Below are positions 30,366-40,697 of a stretch of 64,000 bases of DNA, piece after piece. The translations under genes and the position numbers were made by a program. Source of the DNA: an uncultured delta proteobacterium (lineage in GTDB: Bacteria > Desulfobacterota > Binatia > UBA9968). The stretch covers positions 45,421 to 109,420 of the forward strand of contig CAVWLW010000067.1 in assembly GCA_963755715.1 (NCBI GenBank). Direction: 5' to 3'. Position 1 is the stretch's first letter; each line of letters opens with the position of its first letter. The notes beneath the pieces are model-generated. The model was not told the DNA's origin and did no database searches. It worked only from the letters and a program-made list of their open reading frames with translations.

Positions 30366-30730
30366 AATTTGCCGGTATAGGTGAATAAGCGTGTTATCAA
30401 GAGCTTAGAGGAGGAGCGAAATCTATTCGGGCAAAAATGATTGTTCGGATTTCTCGACACTCTGAGCTAGGAAAAATCCTTCGTCTTCTCACTGCGAGAT
30501 TTAGATCGTTCGCTCATCCGGCGCGCCTGTTAGCCTCCGCCGGTCAGCCAAGATCTCCTGTTAGCATTAGCGCAACCGAGGCAGCTCGCCAGCGAAAGTA
30601 TAATCGCGGACATTTTGTCAGGAAAAATCGTGCGGATGATAGGCAACTTCGGAGATTTTGCCTGCGTGAATGAACCCAGACGCTTCTTAGTTGGAAGTTA
30701 TTAAAGGGAATTCGCCGATGATTGCAGTGG

Positions 30731-30746
30731 TGGCATGAGCGTTGCT
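30731..30746 (+). promoter_or_regulatory. Sigma-54 -24/-12 promoter
   Basis: TGGCAT-GAGCG-TTGCT about 45 bp upstream of ATG 30791. Confidence 0.75.
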
Positions 30747-30790
30747 CAGTTGCTCAAAAGTAAAACTAAGAAAAAATTTTGGAGGCAACG

Positions 30791-30973
30791 ATGCGTGCAC
30801 GAAAACAAATAGATACCACGTTGGGCGAGCTGATTGTCGCGGTTAGCGATGCTGTCTCGCCACTGACTCACAATCGCACCAACGCCAATGTCCTCGTGTC
30901 TTACATCCTGAGCGATCTGGTCGCCTCGCGCCGCGTGCGGCTCAAAAAAAATTGCATACTCAAGCTCGCCTGA
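30791..30973 (+). CDS. Small hypothetical protein (TTLGELIVAVSD motif)
   Basis: GGAGG RBS then MRARKQIDTTLGELIVAVSDA... Confidence 0.7.
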   Translation: MRARKQIDTTLGELIVAVSDAVSPLTHNRTNANVLVSYILSDLVASRRVRLKKNCILKLA

Positions 30974-31047
30974 ACTCATCGAGTTGAATGGGTCGGCTGC
31001 TGGCGGATTCGCCGCAGGCGAAAAAATATTCACCAAAAAGGAAGCCG

Positions 31048-31152
31048 ATGTTAAAAAATGAAAATGGCAAGGTAGGGTGGATACTTCTCTGGGCGATCGG
31101 TGTGCCAGTGCCTGTATTGATGCTGCTCTTCCTGGTTCGCGGATGCACCTAA
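31048..31152 (+). CDS. 34-aa single-pass membrane micro-protein (absent from ORF track)
   Basis: AAGGA RBS; MLKNENGKVGWILLWAIGVPVPVLMLLFLVRGCT*. Confidence 0.7.
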   Translation: MLKNENGKVGWILLWAIGVPVPVLMLLFLVRGCT

Positions 31153-31161
31153 GAAAACTGT

Positions 31162-31578
31162 ATGCCTATGCGAACTACATCGCGCTTCGGCCGGCTGGCG
31201 AGGCTCACCGCACATGCGATGGGACAACCGGCTGCGTTCGGTACCGCGTTGGCCATCATAATACTATGGGCGATCTCGGGTCCAATTTTTGGTTTTAGTG
31301 ATACCTGGCAGCTCATTATTAATACGGGAACCACAATCATAACGTTTTTAATGGTCTTTATAATCCAAAACACCCAAAACAGAGACGCCGAAGCTATGCA
31401 CATCAAATTGGACGAACTGATCCGGGCCATGGATCAGGCGCAAAACGCGCTGTTAAATCTCGAAGAATTGGAGGAAGACGATTTAGAGAGGATACGAGCC
31501 GATTATTTGCGACTGGCTGAACACGCGCGCAGCGAATTACGCGACGGCGACGTGCAGCCGAGTACAAACCATACGTAA
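31162..31578 (+). CDS. Low-affinity iron permease (Fet4-like) family protein
   Basis: FGFSDTWQLIINTGTTIITFLMVFIIQNTQNRD..AMHIKLDELIRA. Confidence 0.92.
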   Translation: MPMRTTSRFGRLARLTAHAMGQPAAFGTALAIIILWAISGPIFGFSDTWQLIINTGTTIITFLMVFIIQNTQNRDAEAMHIKLDELIRAMDQAQNALLNLEELEEDDLERIRADYLRLAEHARSELRDGDVQPSTNHT

Positions 31579-31583
31579 AAAAT

Positions 31584-32144
31584 ATGCGGCATTCGTCCAA
31601 AAATTTAAGAGAATTTTGTGTTCGAACTCTCATCCTCGGGCTGTTCGTAGTTCAAGGTTGTTCGACGCTTTCTCGGGATCAGCAGCCACAGGTGCCACCT
31701 TTGGATAGCCAAGCTACCCCCGGCAGTGATCGCTCAGCCAAAATAGAATCCCACAAGGACGATAAGGGTGGGTCGAGCGCCACCGTTCAGCCGGCGCATA
31801 TAGGCGAGGCCTCTTGGTACGGCCCCGGTTTTCAAGGCAAAAAAACTGCGAGCGGAGAAATTTTCGACGACTCGAAGCTGACGGCGGCACACAAGACGAT
31901 TCCATTAGGAAGCAAAGCAAAGGTCACCAATCTCACCAACGGAAAGACCGTCGAAGTAAAAATCAACGATCGGGGCCCTTTCATCGACGGGCGAATGGTC
32001 GATCTATCGCAAGCAGCCGCCAAAGCTTTGGGCATGATCGATCGCGGCACGGCGAGAGTTCAGATCGACTTGCTGCCCGATATCAACCGAGAGCGGTCAG
32101 AAAATGCACCAACCATGACCATCGAAGAATCGTCGCGGCGCTAA
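31584..32144 (+). CDS. rlpA: Septal ring lytic transglycosylase RlpA family lipoprotein
   Basis: Lipobox VQGC; GEASWYG..F.GKKTASGE...TAAHKT.P...V.INDRGPF...DLS. Confidence 0.92.
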   Translation: MRHSSKNLREFCVRTLILGLFVVQGCSTLSRDQQPQVPPLDSQATPGSDRSAKIESHKDDKGGSSATVQPAHIGEASWYGPGFQGKKTASGEIFDDSKLTAAHKTIPLGSKAKVTNLTNGKTVEVKINDRGPFIDGRMVDLSQAAAKALGMIDRGTARVQIDLLPDINRERSENAPTMTIEESSRR

Positions 32145-32161
32145 AGATCGGAGTCGCATCC

Positions 32162-32299
32162 ATGCAATTCTATATTGCGCTACAACCACTGGTCGCTTTG
32201 ATAGCCGGAATACTGATTATCATGATTCCACGGTTATTAAATTATATCGTCGCTCTGTATTTAATTGTCACGGGTATTTTGGGGCTGATCCGCGTTTAA
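32162..32299 (+). CDS. DUF3096 family small membrane protein
   Basis: MQFYIALQPLVALIAGILIIMIPRLLNYIVALYLIVTGILGL. Confidence 0.85.
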   Translation: MQFYIALQPLVALIAGILIIMIPRLLNYIVALYLIVTGILGLIRV

Positions 32300-32333
32300 A
32301 ATGACGTAATTTTGGCGAAAGGAGGATACTCCA

Positions 32334-32498
32334 ATGCTAAACTGGGCGATCACTTTTCTGGTAATCGCGTTGATTGCCGGGGTCCTGGGCCTGAGCGGTG
32401 TCGCAGGCGCGGCCACTCAGATCGCATGGATCTTGTTTGTGGTCTTCTTGATTTTGTTCATCGTCGGCTTGGTCATGGGACGAAGACCGCCGGTCTAG
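32334..32498 (+). CDS. DUF1328 (YtjA-like) small membrane protein (absent from ORF track)
   Basis: AAAGGAGG RBS; [54 protein letters not shown]. Confidence 0.9.
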   Translation: MLNWAITFLVIALIAGVLGLSGVAGAATQIAWILFVVFLILFIVGLVMGRRPPV

Positions 32499-32888
32499 GA
32501 CCGCCGCAAGGTCGGTGGTGGCCGCCGGTGTGGTTGCCGCACTTGCGGGTCGAGTTAACAGACCCTACCGCAAACATACTGCCCCAAGGGTCTCGACCTT
32601 TTACGCGCCAAGATAATTGGAGCGGAGAAGGTCGGGACCTCCCTCCAATCACAGCATAATTTTTCGACCACATATTTCTTTTAAACAAGACGCTCAAATC
32701 CTACTTTCGAGCGTAGGTTTTTTTCATACTCTTCAGTCCGGCATGGATCGTAGCCTTCGCTTGCTTTTCAGCAAAGTCCAATAATATCGCCCATTCAATC
32801 ATGTCCGGAAAAATCGATCACCTTGGCTCGATCGTTGCACAAAAGAAGTTCAACTTTCCACACTAGGGCTTAAAGGGGGAGATTTTTC

Positions 32889-33264
32889 ATGTCATCGATC
32901 AGCTTGCATGAACCTGTCGAGCAACTGACGGAACGAACGATCAACTGTCACCGCGCGATAGTTTCTTTAATGGAAGAGCTGGAGGCGATCGATTGGTATA
33001 GCCAGCGGGCTGATGCCTGTTCGGATGCCGCAGTTGCGCGCAGTGATCGAGCATAATCGCGACGAGGAAATCGAGCATGCTTCGATGACCCTCGAATGGA
33101 TACGCCGCAACATCCCCAAATTTGATGAAGCTTTAAAGCTCTACCTGTTTACTGAGGGCGACATTACGTCGCTCGAAGAAGCAGTTAAGGAAAATGGCGA
33201 GAAATCCGCCCAACCGCAGCGCCGCCAGTCCAAACTTACGATCGGTGAAATGAAAGAGGGATAA
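32889..33264 (+). CDS. Encapsulin-associated ferritin-like cargo protein (EncFtn/Flp), one frameshift near 33027
   Basis: LHEP...HRAIVSLMEELEAIDWYSQRADAC / LRAVIEHNRDEEIEHASMTLEWIRR; C-terminal targeting peptide KLTIGEMK. Confidence 0.9.
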
Positions 33265-33267
33265 GCA

Positions 33268-34116
33268 ATGCAGGAGGAAACAGCTGTCACAGTCATCACG
33301 TCAGATCTGCTGAAGCGGATCGAATTGGCGGCGACTTCTGCCGCCAAGGAAATTCTCACCGGCAGACGTATCATCGACGTCGAAGGACCCTACGGCGGCG
33401 GTCTAACTACGGTCGAAGTAGGCAATGATGATTTGTGTCGCGAACCGGGTCCCGAAGAGGCGAGCGCGGTGGTCAGCCGCGCGGTTTCGGTGCCGATGAT
33501 TTACCGGCGCTTCGCAATTTCAAAACGCCGCATCGTCGCATCTCAGGACATGGGCCAACCGCTGAATCTCAAGATAGCCGAGGATGCGGCTCAAGCAGTA
33601 GCCGAGCGCGAAGAGGAGTTTATTTACTATGGCCAGTCTGATTTTCATTTAGGCGGGCTTCTAACCGTCGAGGGGCGAAACAATTTGAAGGCAGGAAACT
33701 GGGGCAACGTCGACGAAGTGCTTACTGACGTCCTCGCCGCCGTAAACGTATTGGATAGCAAAGGTTATCGAGGGCCGTACGGGTTGGCTCTAGCGCCGGA
33801 ACTCTACAATAATCTCTTTCGCCGCTATGCCGGCTCGGATCTACTCCAAATCGAACACCTGAAACGTCTTTGTACTCGCGGCATCGTCAAAGCGGCGATT
33901 GACGGATGCGTACTGGTTGCGCGGGACGTGGGATCGATCGTGCTCGGACAGGATATGCAGGTCGCCTACCTCGCCTCCGACGCTGCCCACGAAAATTTTG
34001 CGGTCAGCGAATCCTTGGTCTTGAAGATCGAGGCTCCGGACGCCATCTGCACGATTGGCGTCGAAGCCAATGACTCCGCGAAAGAGCGGAAGCGAAGTGC
34101 TAAGCCGCAATCCTAA
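33268..34116 (+). CDS. Family 1 encapsulin shell protein (Linocin M18 / HK97 fold)
   Basis: GRRIIDVEGPYG; AAQAVAEREEEFIYYG; GLLTVEG; GYRGPYGLAL; LGQDM.VAY; adjacent cargo gene. Confidence 0.92.
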   Translation: MQEETAVTVITSDLLKRIELAATSAAKEILTGRRIIDVEGPYGGGLTTVEVGNDDLCREPGPEEASAVVSRAVSVPMIYRRFAISKRRIVASQDMGQPLNLKIAEDAAQAVAEREEEFIYYGQSDFHLGGLLTVEGRNNLKAGNWGNVDEVLTDVLAAVNVLDSKGYRGPYGLALAPELYNNLFRRYAGSDLLQIEHLKRLCTRGIVKAAIDGCVLVARDVGSIVLGQDMQVAYLASDAAHENFAVSESLVLKIEAPDAICTIGVEANDSAKERKRSAKPQS

Positions 34117-34124
34117 GGAAAACC

Positions 34125-34400
34125 ATGAAAGACATTGAAAAGGCGCTGCTCAATCCTGCGATGGTGTTCAAAAACCCCCAGGAGGTCGTTGAAAGCAACG
34201 ATTTATCGCCTGAGCAAAAGATCGAAATTCTCCGGCGCTGGGAATACGACGTTAGGGAACTGCAAGTTGCCGACGAAGAAAGTATGACAGCGCCCAAGCC
34301 GGAAGCGGTCACCTTGGATATGGTCTTAAAGGCGCTACATGCGGTGGGCGCGCCGCCCGACGTCGAGCGTACGGCGCCGACGAAACAGGGGGGCAGCTAA
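34125..34400 (+). CDS. Hypothetical protein (ALLNP..VF..P.EVV...WEYD)
   Basis: AAGGA RBS 8 bp after encapsulin stop. Confidence 0.75.
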   Translation: MKDIEKALLNPAMVFKNPQEVVESNDLSPEQKIEILRRWEYDVRELQVADEESMTAPKPEAVTLDMVLKALHAVGAPPDVERTAPTKQGGS

Positions 34401-34502
34401 GATCACGAATAGGGACACGCATTGGATGGTTGTTGGCAAATTCTCCAAGACGTGGCTGACGACCGAGTAAGCCGAGGATAATCGCAAAGGAGGGATCACA
34501 CG

Positions 34503-35249
34503 ATGTTGCGGAGAATGAAAGACCTGAAAGGCTTGGCTATCGGAGCAAAAGACGGCGATATCGGCGAGGTCAATGATTTTGTCTTCGATGACAAAAACTG
34601 GACGGTACGCTACCTGGTCGCCGACACCAGTCGCTGGCTGCCAGGGCGCAAGGTGCTCATCTCGCCTATCATTGTCGATCAAGCGGATTGGGAAGGAAAA
34701 AGACTGCCGGTCCTGCTCACCAAGGAGCAAGTAAAGAACAGTCCCGATATCAACATGGATGAAAATCTGTCGGCTCAGGATGAAATTAAATATTATAATT
34801 ATTATGGCTGGCCCTACTATTGGGCCGGCGACGAGATCTGGGGGCCGGTCACGGTACCGCAGGACATGATCACTGCGAGCATTGACAGAAAAATTGCGCT
34901 CACCGAACAAATCAATCAGTCGCACTTGCGCAGCATGAAAGATGTGACGGGCTATACCATTCAGGCCACGGACGGCGAAATCGGCGAAGTGCACGATTTC
35001 ATCGTCGATGATGAACCATGGGTGATTCGTTATATGATTGTCGATACCGGTAATTGGTGGCCGGGAAAAAAGGTCCTGGTGGCACCGCCATGGATCGCCA
35101 ACGTGGACTGGAAGAACTCGAAAGTTTATATCAACTTGTCACGCGAAACGGTCAAAAGTGGGCCGGAGTTCGATCCCGACAGGCTCGATCGTTCCTATGA
35201 GCAAGAGCTCCATAACCACTACGGGCAAGAAAACTATTGGTGGTGTTGA
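34503..35249 (+). CDS. Double PRC-barrel domain protein
   Basis: Two copies of A.DG.IG.V.DF..DD..W..RY...DT..W.PG.KVL. Confidence 0.92.
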   Translation: MLRRMKDLKGLAIGAKDGDIGEVNDFVFDDKNWTVRYLVADTSRWLPGRKVLISPIIVDQADWEGKRLPVLLTKEQVKNSPDINMDENLSAQDEIKYYNYYGWPYYWAGDEIWGPVTVPQDMITASIDRKIALTEQINQSHLRSMKDVTGYTIQATDGEIGEVHDFIVDDEPWVIRYMIVDTGNWWPGKKVLVAPPWIANVDWKNSKVYINLSRETVKSGPEFDPDRLDRSYEQELHNHYGQENYWWC

Positions 35250-35307
35250 CTTGGGAAGCAAGCGAGGGCCGGATACAAACCTCTGTCAGGAGCAAGGAGT
35301 TGCCGAA

Positions 35308-36444
35308 CTAGAAATCCAGCAACTTTAATTGCACCATTCCGGTGATATTTGGGGAAGGGTTACTGACTGTCGGATTGGCGCGTTGATTGCGGTATTCGAC
35401 CTGGAGCGAAAGATACTGGTCCGTGCCCAGAGACTTGCCGATTTTCCAATTCAAACTCGCCAAGGTGTTTAACGTGGACGCGTCCCGCACGGAGTCTTCG
35501 CTAATACCTCTGCTATAGGAAGCGCGGCCGGTCAACTGCAAGTTGCTCCACGGCGTGCAACTCAGCAAAAAACCCGCCAAGGGCGTGTCGGTTTTTGCCC
35601 CCGTCGTTTGGTCCCATTCCTGTTTGAAACTTAGATTCGGTTCGATCGAAAAAAAACTCGCCGGGCGATACGCAAGTGTGACACCGTTGGTGAGGGCGTG
35701 TGATTCCTGCAGGTGAATGTTTCCCAAGGCGCTGGTCGAAATACTCGAGCTAAGAAGCGCGCTCCATCCGGAGCGGGCGAAATTCAATGAGGTGGCGGCG
35801 GTTCTTGTCAGGCTAGGTTGGTTCGTGTCTGAATTCATTTCGCGTAACTCGCCGAGCGTTCCGCGCAAGCGAAAAATTTTAAAATCGTATTCACCCCACA
35901 GCTCGTTCTCGTCGCGATCATTAGCGATCTTGGCCCCGGCCGTCGAGATGAATCCGCTGCCAAGCGACCGATGCAGCACGCCGTAGCCGACGTTGTCCCA
36001 ATTGCCTCGCAGCGTCATGCGCGCCATCATAGGGCGCTGTTGATCGGTTACTCCAGCGAATCCCAAAGTGCTGTACGCCAGTTCACCTTCGCCGATCAAT
36101 TTGCCGCTGAATTGAGACGTGGTGGCAGTAATGCCCAAGTAGCGCCCCCAGTTAGGATCGTTCGGATGGCTCGAACCTTCCGTCGGAGCGGCGCCTTCGG
36201 CGCGCTTTTCCATGTAGAGAGCTTTCATTTCAACGACCTTGGGCCACAAAGTCAGGGAAAAGCTTTGTTTGACAGGCTGCGCAAAATCTCGCGGCACTCC
36301 CTCAAGAGGAGCGTACGCCGCAGGAAAGAGACTCGTGGGGCCGGGAAAATCCGCTGGATCGGAATCCAGTGACAATGTCTCCGCCCCTACAGTTCGGCTG
36401 CAAAGGCAGGCAACGAATAGAAGAATTGACAGAGTCTTGGTCAT
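35308..36444 (-). CDS. Putative outer-membrane beta-barrel protein
   Basis: Signal peptide, alternating amphipathic strands, C-terminal ...QLKLLDF. Confidence 0.6.
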   Translation of the reverse strand: MTKTLSILLFVACLCSRTVGAETLSLDSDPADFPGPTSLFPAAYAPLEGVPRDFAQPVKQSFSLTLWPKVVEMKALYMEKRAEGAAPTEGSSHPNDPNWGRYLGITATTSQFSGKLIGEGELAYSTLGFAGVTDQQRPMMARMTLRGNWDNVGYGVLHRSLGSGFISTAGAKIANDRDENELWGEYDFKIFRLRGTLGELREMNSDTNQPSLTRTAATSLNFARSGWSALLSSSISTSALGNIHLQESHALTNGVTLAYRPASFFSIEPNLSFKQEWDQTTGAKTDTPLAGFLLSCTPWSNLQLTGRASYSRGISEDSVRDASTLNTLASLNWKIGKSLGTDQYLSLQVEYRNQRANPTVSNPSPNITGMVQLKLLDF

Positions 36445-36953
36445 GACGCACGCATGGCGACGCTGGAAAATGGTAGCGAACGGAGGCGAGCTGCGGGGGA
36501 GAGAAAGATTTTTTAGATCTGACTAACCACTCGGAGAAGAATCGACGATGACCTCACATGCTGGAATCGAGCCATGTGGCGCGAGACAGCAATCGACAAA
36601 CCAGCAAAAATCGCAACCCAATAATACAAGGAGTTCGATCCCAAATCCAGATTTTTTTTGTAAGGCGAGTCTACTTTTAACAATCTCGTAATGTTTAAGG
36701 CAGGTCGCCCAGAAGCGCATAACTTTAGGCGCCGCAGTAGTTCAAAGAACCGGCGGCGACACGCGCGAGCACTTTGGAGATCGTGACCATTCGTAACGAA
36801 AATTTATTTCAGTTGCGGCTAAAAACGGCGGGCGAGTCTCCTTTGACACCGACTGATTCCGCTAAAAAAACATCGCCAAATTAATCCATCGTTATCGAGC
36901 CATTGACCCCCGGCTGTCTTGATTGACCGTCGATCGGCGTATACTCTTAGCGC

Positions 36954-39041
36954 GTGAAAGACGATAGCCTTGAGCGACAGGAGACGGAGCTTTTGCACGG
37001 CCAGTATCAGGCGCTTCTGGAAATTTCTGAAGCGATCGCTTCGCATCGCGAGCTCGATCAGCTTTTCCGTGATCTTGCGCCGCGCCTGCACCGCGTCGTG
37101 GAGTTCGATTTTGCCAATCTGATTCTGCATGAGCCGGCGCGCAAGATGATGAAGTCCCATGTGTTGGAGACGCCGGATCCCGCCTACGCTTGCCCGGGCG
37201 GGGAGTGCCCGATGGAGTCACCCGGAGGATGGGTTTGGGAGACGCAAAAGTCGTGGGTGGTGTCGAACCTGAGCGGCGACGCGCGTTTTCCAGATTTGGG
37301 TCGATGGCTCCACGAACGCGGAATTCAATCGCTTTGCGTCGTGCCCGTGACGACGGCGCTGCGAAAACTCGGCGCGCTCGCTTTCGGCAGCCGCGTGGGC
37401 GCCGCCTATTCCGAGATCGACGTCATCTTCTTGCAGCAGGTGGCTCGGCAAGTCGCGGTGGCGCTGGATAATGCGCTCAACTTCGAGCAGGTCCAATCCG
37501 TGCAGCAGCAACTGACCGAAGAACGCGACCGATTGCGCCTACTGCTGGAAGTTAACAATACGATCGTCTCTGTGCTGGATTTGCATCAACTGTTGAACGC
37601 GGTCTCAGCATCGCTCCGGCGTCTGGTGCCGCACGAATATGCGAGCCTCTCGCTTTATGATCGCGAGACCCACCGGCTGCAGATTCATGCATTGGATTTT
37701 CCCGTCAGCAAGGGACTGCTTCAAGAAGGTCTATCAGTCGGGGTGGACGAGTCGCCTACCGGCCGGGCTCTGATGACCCGCCAGCCGGTTTTTATAAACC
37801 GCGACAACATCAAAGAATTCGGTTCGGACATCGCGCGACTTATTCTCGACGAAGGCCTCAAGTCCGCATGTTGTTTGCCCCTCATCTCTCACGATCGGCC
37901 GTTGGGTACTCTGGTGGTTGCGAGCCTGGAAGAAGATAATTTTCCGGCAAAAGACGCAGAGCTGCTCCAGCATGTCGCCAATCAGATCGCCATCGCCGTA
38001 GAAAACTCGCTGGCTTATCACGAGGAAGTGAAGCGGGCGAATCAACTCAGTGAAGAAAAACTTTATTTGCAAGATGAAATCCGCTCGGAATACAACTTCG
38101 AAGAAATTATCGGCGAGAGTGCCGGATTGAAGGACATCTTGGGTCAATTGCAGACGGTGGCGCCGACGGACTCGACGATTCTTATTCTTGGAGAGACGGG
38201 CACGGGCAAAGAGCTGATCGCGCGCGCCATCCATCATTTGAGCACGCGCCGCGAGCGCACCCTGGTCAAGGTGAATTGCGCCGCCATTCCGACGGGACTG
38301 CTGGAAAGCGAGTTGTTCGGACACGAGAAAGGCGCTTTTACAGGAGCGATCGCGCAGCGCGTGGGACGCTTCGAGCTGGCCCACCGCGGCACGCTCTTTC
38401 TCGATGAAGTAGGCGATATTCCCCTCGAGTTGCAGCCCAAACTTTTGCGCGTTCTTCAGGAACAGGAATTCGAGCGGTTGGGCAGCCCGCGGACGACTAA
38501 AGTGGATGTTCGACTGGTGGCCGCCACCAACGTGGATCTTGCGCGCAAGGCCGCGGACCATCAATTTCGCATGGATCTCTATTACCGTCTCAATGTTTTT
38601 CCAATCGTGATTCCGCCGCTGCGCGAGCGCCGCGAAGATATTCCGCTCTTGGTGCGATACTTCGCGCAAAAATATGCGCGGCGCATGAAAAAGCCGATCG
38701 ATACCGTTCCGGTCAAGGCGATGGCGGCGCTGACCGAATATCATTGGCCGGGCAATGTCCGCGAGTTGGAGAATTTTATCGAGCGCGCCGTTATCCTTTC
38801 CCGCGGCACTGAGCTCCAACTGCCGCTGGCGGAACTGAAGCAAAGAACGAAAGCCCCTGTAGCCGTTTCTTCAAATGGTTTAGAAACGCTGGAGCACGCG
38901 GAGCGAGAGCATATCGTGCGCGCCCTCGGTGAGACCAGATGGGTGATCGGCGGACCACGGGGCGCCGCCGCGAGGCTCGGCATGAAGCGGACCACTCTTC
39001 AGTCGCGCATGAGAAAGCTCGGCATCGATCGCCCGAGCTAA
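36954..39041 (+). CDS. Sigma-54-dependent enhancer-binding protein, FhlA-like (GAF-GAF-AAA+-Fis HTH)
   Basis: GETGTGKE, ESELFGHEKGAFTGA, LFLDEVG, WPGNVRELEN, AAARLGMKRTTL. Confidence 0.95.
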   Translation: MKDDSLERQETELLHGQYQALLEISEAIASHRELDQLFRDLAPRLHRVVEFDFANLILHEPARKMMKSHVLETPDPAYACPGGECPMESPGGWVWETQKSWVVSNLSGDARFPDLGRWLHERGIQSLCVVPVTTALRKLGALAFGSRVGAAYSEIDVIFLQQVARQVAVALDNALNFEQVQSVQQQLTEERDRLRLLLEVNNTIVSVLDLHQLLNAVSASLRRLVPHEYASLSLYDRETHRLQIHALDFPVSKGLLQEGLSVGVDESPTGRALMTRQPVFINRDNIKEFGSDIARLILDEGLKSACCLPLISHDRPLGTLVVASLEEDNFPAKDAELLQHVANQIAIAVENSLAYHEEVKRANQLSEEKLYLQDEIRSEYNFEEIIGESAGLKDILGQLQTVAPTDSTILILGETGTGKELIARAIHHLSTRRERTLVKVNCAAIPTGLLESELFGHEKGAFTGAIAQRVGRFELAHRGTLFLDEVGDIPLELQPKLLRVLQEQEFERLGSPRTTKVDVRLVAATNVDLARKAADHQFRMDLYYRLNVFPIVIPPLRERREDIPLLVRYFAQKYARRMKKPIDTVPVKAMAALTEYHWPGNVRELENFIERAVILSRGTELQLPLAELKQRTKAPVAVSSNGLETLEHAEREHIVRALGETRWVIGGPRGAAARLGMKRTTLQSRMRKLGIDRPS

Positions 39042-39089
39042 TTGCAACCTCGACCGGGCTCACTCGGCGATCGCGCCTAAGGAAAGGTT

Positions 39090-39503
39090 ATGGAAGCGAT
39101 TGAAGGAGGCTGCCTTTGTGGCGCGGTTCGTTACCGCGCCTTTTGGCCGGCCTACGGCATCACGCATTGCCACTGCCAAACTTGCCGACGCGCCAGCGGT
39201 GCGCCTTTTGTCACTTGGGCCGGCTTCGACGCCGACAAATTCACATTCATCCAGGGCGAGCCGGCTTCCAATAAATCATCGCCAAACGTTCTGCGCACTT
39301 TCTGCGGAAAATGCGGCACAGCCTTGACCTATCAGCGTGCTGAGCTGCCCGGCTCTATCGACGTGACGCTAGGCAGTATGGATGACCCGGCAATGCTCGA
39401 GCCGCAGGATCATACCTGGACCGAGAGCCGGCTTTCCTGGATCGTGTTGGGCGATCAGCTCCCCGAATATCCACGTGAACGAAAGTTTCTCCCCTCGTCC
39501 TAA
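39090..39503 (+). CDS. GFA/CENP-V family protein
   Basis: GGCLCGAVRY...CHCQTCRR...R.FCGKCGT. Confidence 0.93.
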   Translation: MEAIEGGCLCGAVRYRAFWPAYGITHCHCQTCRRASGAPFVTWAGFDADKFTFIQGEPASNKSSPNVLRTFCGKCGTALTYQRAELPGSIDVTLGSMDDPAMLEPQDHTWTESRLSWIVLGDQLPEYPRERKFLPSS

Positions 39504-39808
39504 GCGACCGCAGTTTTCTTGACGTGAATTAATTGCTCCGCTTACCAAGCTGCACTCACGCTTGTCGAAACGCGGCAACCGCTTGCTCAAGTCGCGATGT
39601 CTGCGGCGCATCGATCGGCGCACCAGCAATTTACGCGAGCGGCGTGAGCCTCCAAATATAGTAAACGCAGGTTCCCATCGCCATCATTTCGGCGTGTGCC
39701 GATAAATCGGCGCGCTTTCTTCGTCAGCACGATCTTCGAGCCTGGATAGGAATTATCTAAATGCGTGCGCATGAAGTGTTTACGGCGGCGCTAAAATATC
39801 CTGGGTCT

Positions 39809-39824
39809 TGGCACAATCCTTGTT
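39809..39824 (+). promoter_or_regulatory. Sigma-54 promoter-like motif
   Basis: TGGCAC-AATCC-TTGTT upstream of SDR at 39903. Confidence 0.55.
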
Positions 39825-39902
39825 AGGTTACGTGAAACAAAAACGTTAGGTCAGTCGATTGGTTAGGTGCCATCCGTAATCAAAAGTTAACAAGGAGGTA
39901 TC

Positions 39903-40634
39903 ATGTCCCTATCACTCGATGGAAAAACTGCACTTATCACCGGCGGATCGCGCGGCATTGGTCGGGCGATCGCCGAACGTCTGGCCGCCGATGGTGCGGC
40001 AATCGTCATCAATTACGCCCGCAGCGAACAACTGGCCCAGGAGGTCGTCAAGGCGATCTCGGCGAAGGGCGGTAAAGCCATAGGAATTCAAGCTGACGTT
40101 TCGAAACCCGCGGAGGTGCGGCGATTGTTCAGCGAAGCCGAGAAAGCGATGGGCGGCCTCGACATCGTCGTCGCCAACGCCGGCGTCCATATTGAAAAAC
40201 CGCTGATCGAAAACACCGAGGCGGATTACGATTACATTTTCGACACGAATACGAGGGGGGTCTTTTTCACATTGCAAGAGGCCGGCCGCCGGGTGCGCGA
40301 CGGCGGTCGCATTGTCGTCGTTTCCACCGGCGGTACGAAAATGCATTTCGCCAACATGTCGCTTTATCTCGGCAGCAAAGGGGCCATCGAGCAGTTTGCC
40401 CGCTCGCTGTCGCGTGAGCTCGGTCCGCGCAATGTCACGGTAAACGTTCTCTCACCGGGATTTACCGAAACTGACATGCTGCCCGAGGAGTACCGCGATT
40501 ACGGCGCGAGCTTGTCGCCCTTCAATCGCGTCGGCGCTCCGCAAGATATCGCCGAGGTGGCCGCATTTCTCGCTAGTGATGCTGCCCGCTGGATCACCGG
40601 CCAGAACGTTCAAGCGGGCGGTGGAGTGGTGTGA
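39903..40634 (+). CDS. SDR family oxidoreductase
   Basis: TGGSRGIG, NAG, YLGSK, PGFTETDM. Confidence 0.93.
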   Translation: MSLSLDGKTALITGGSRGIGRAIAERLAADGAAIVINYARSEQLAQEVVKAISAKGGKAIGIQADVSKPAEVRRLFSEAEKAMGGLDIVVANAGVHIEKPLIENTEADYDYIFDTNTRGVFFTLQEAGRRVRDGGRIVVVSTGGTKMHFANMSLYLGSKGAIEQFARSLSRELGPRNVTVNVLSPGFTETDMLPEEYRDYGASLSPFNRVGAPQDIAEVAAFLASDAARWITGQNVQAGGGVV

Positions 40635-40697
40635 AAAAACGTTGTCGCTCGCGCGGCTCTTTCAAACAACACGACTATGGAGAAAGGATGATGCCAT

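Noticed and set aside
33268-34116. HK97-fold protein as a phage capsid for the tail cluster
   Set aside because: Family 1 encapsulin motifs and an adjacent cargo with targeting peptide; separated from the eCIS by unrelated genes
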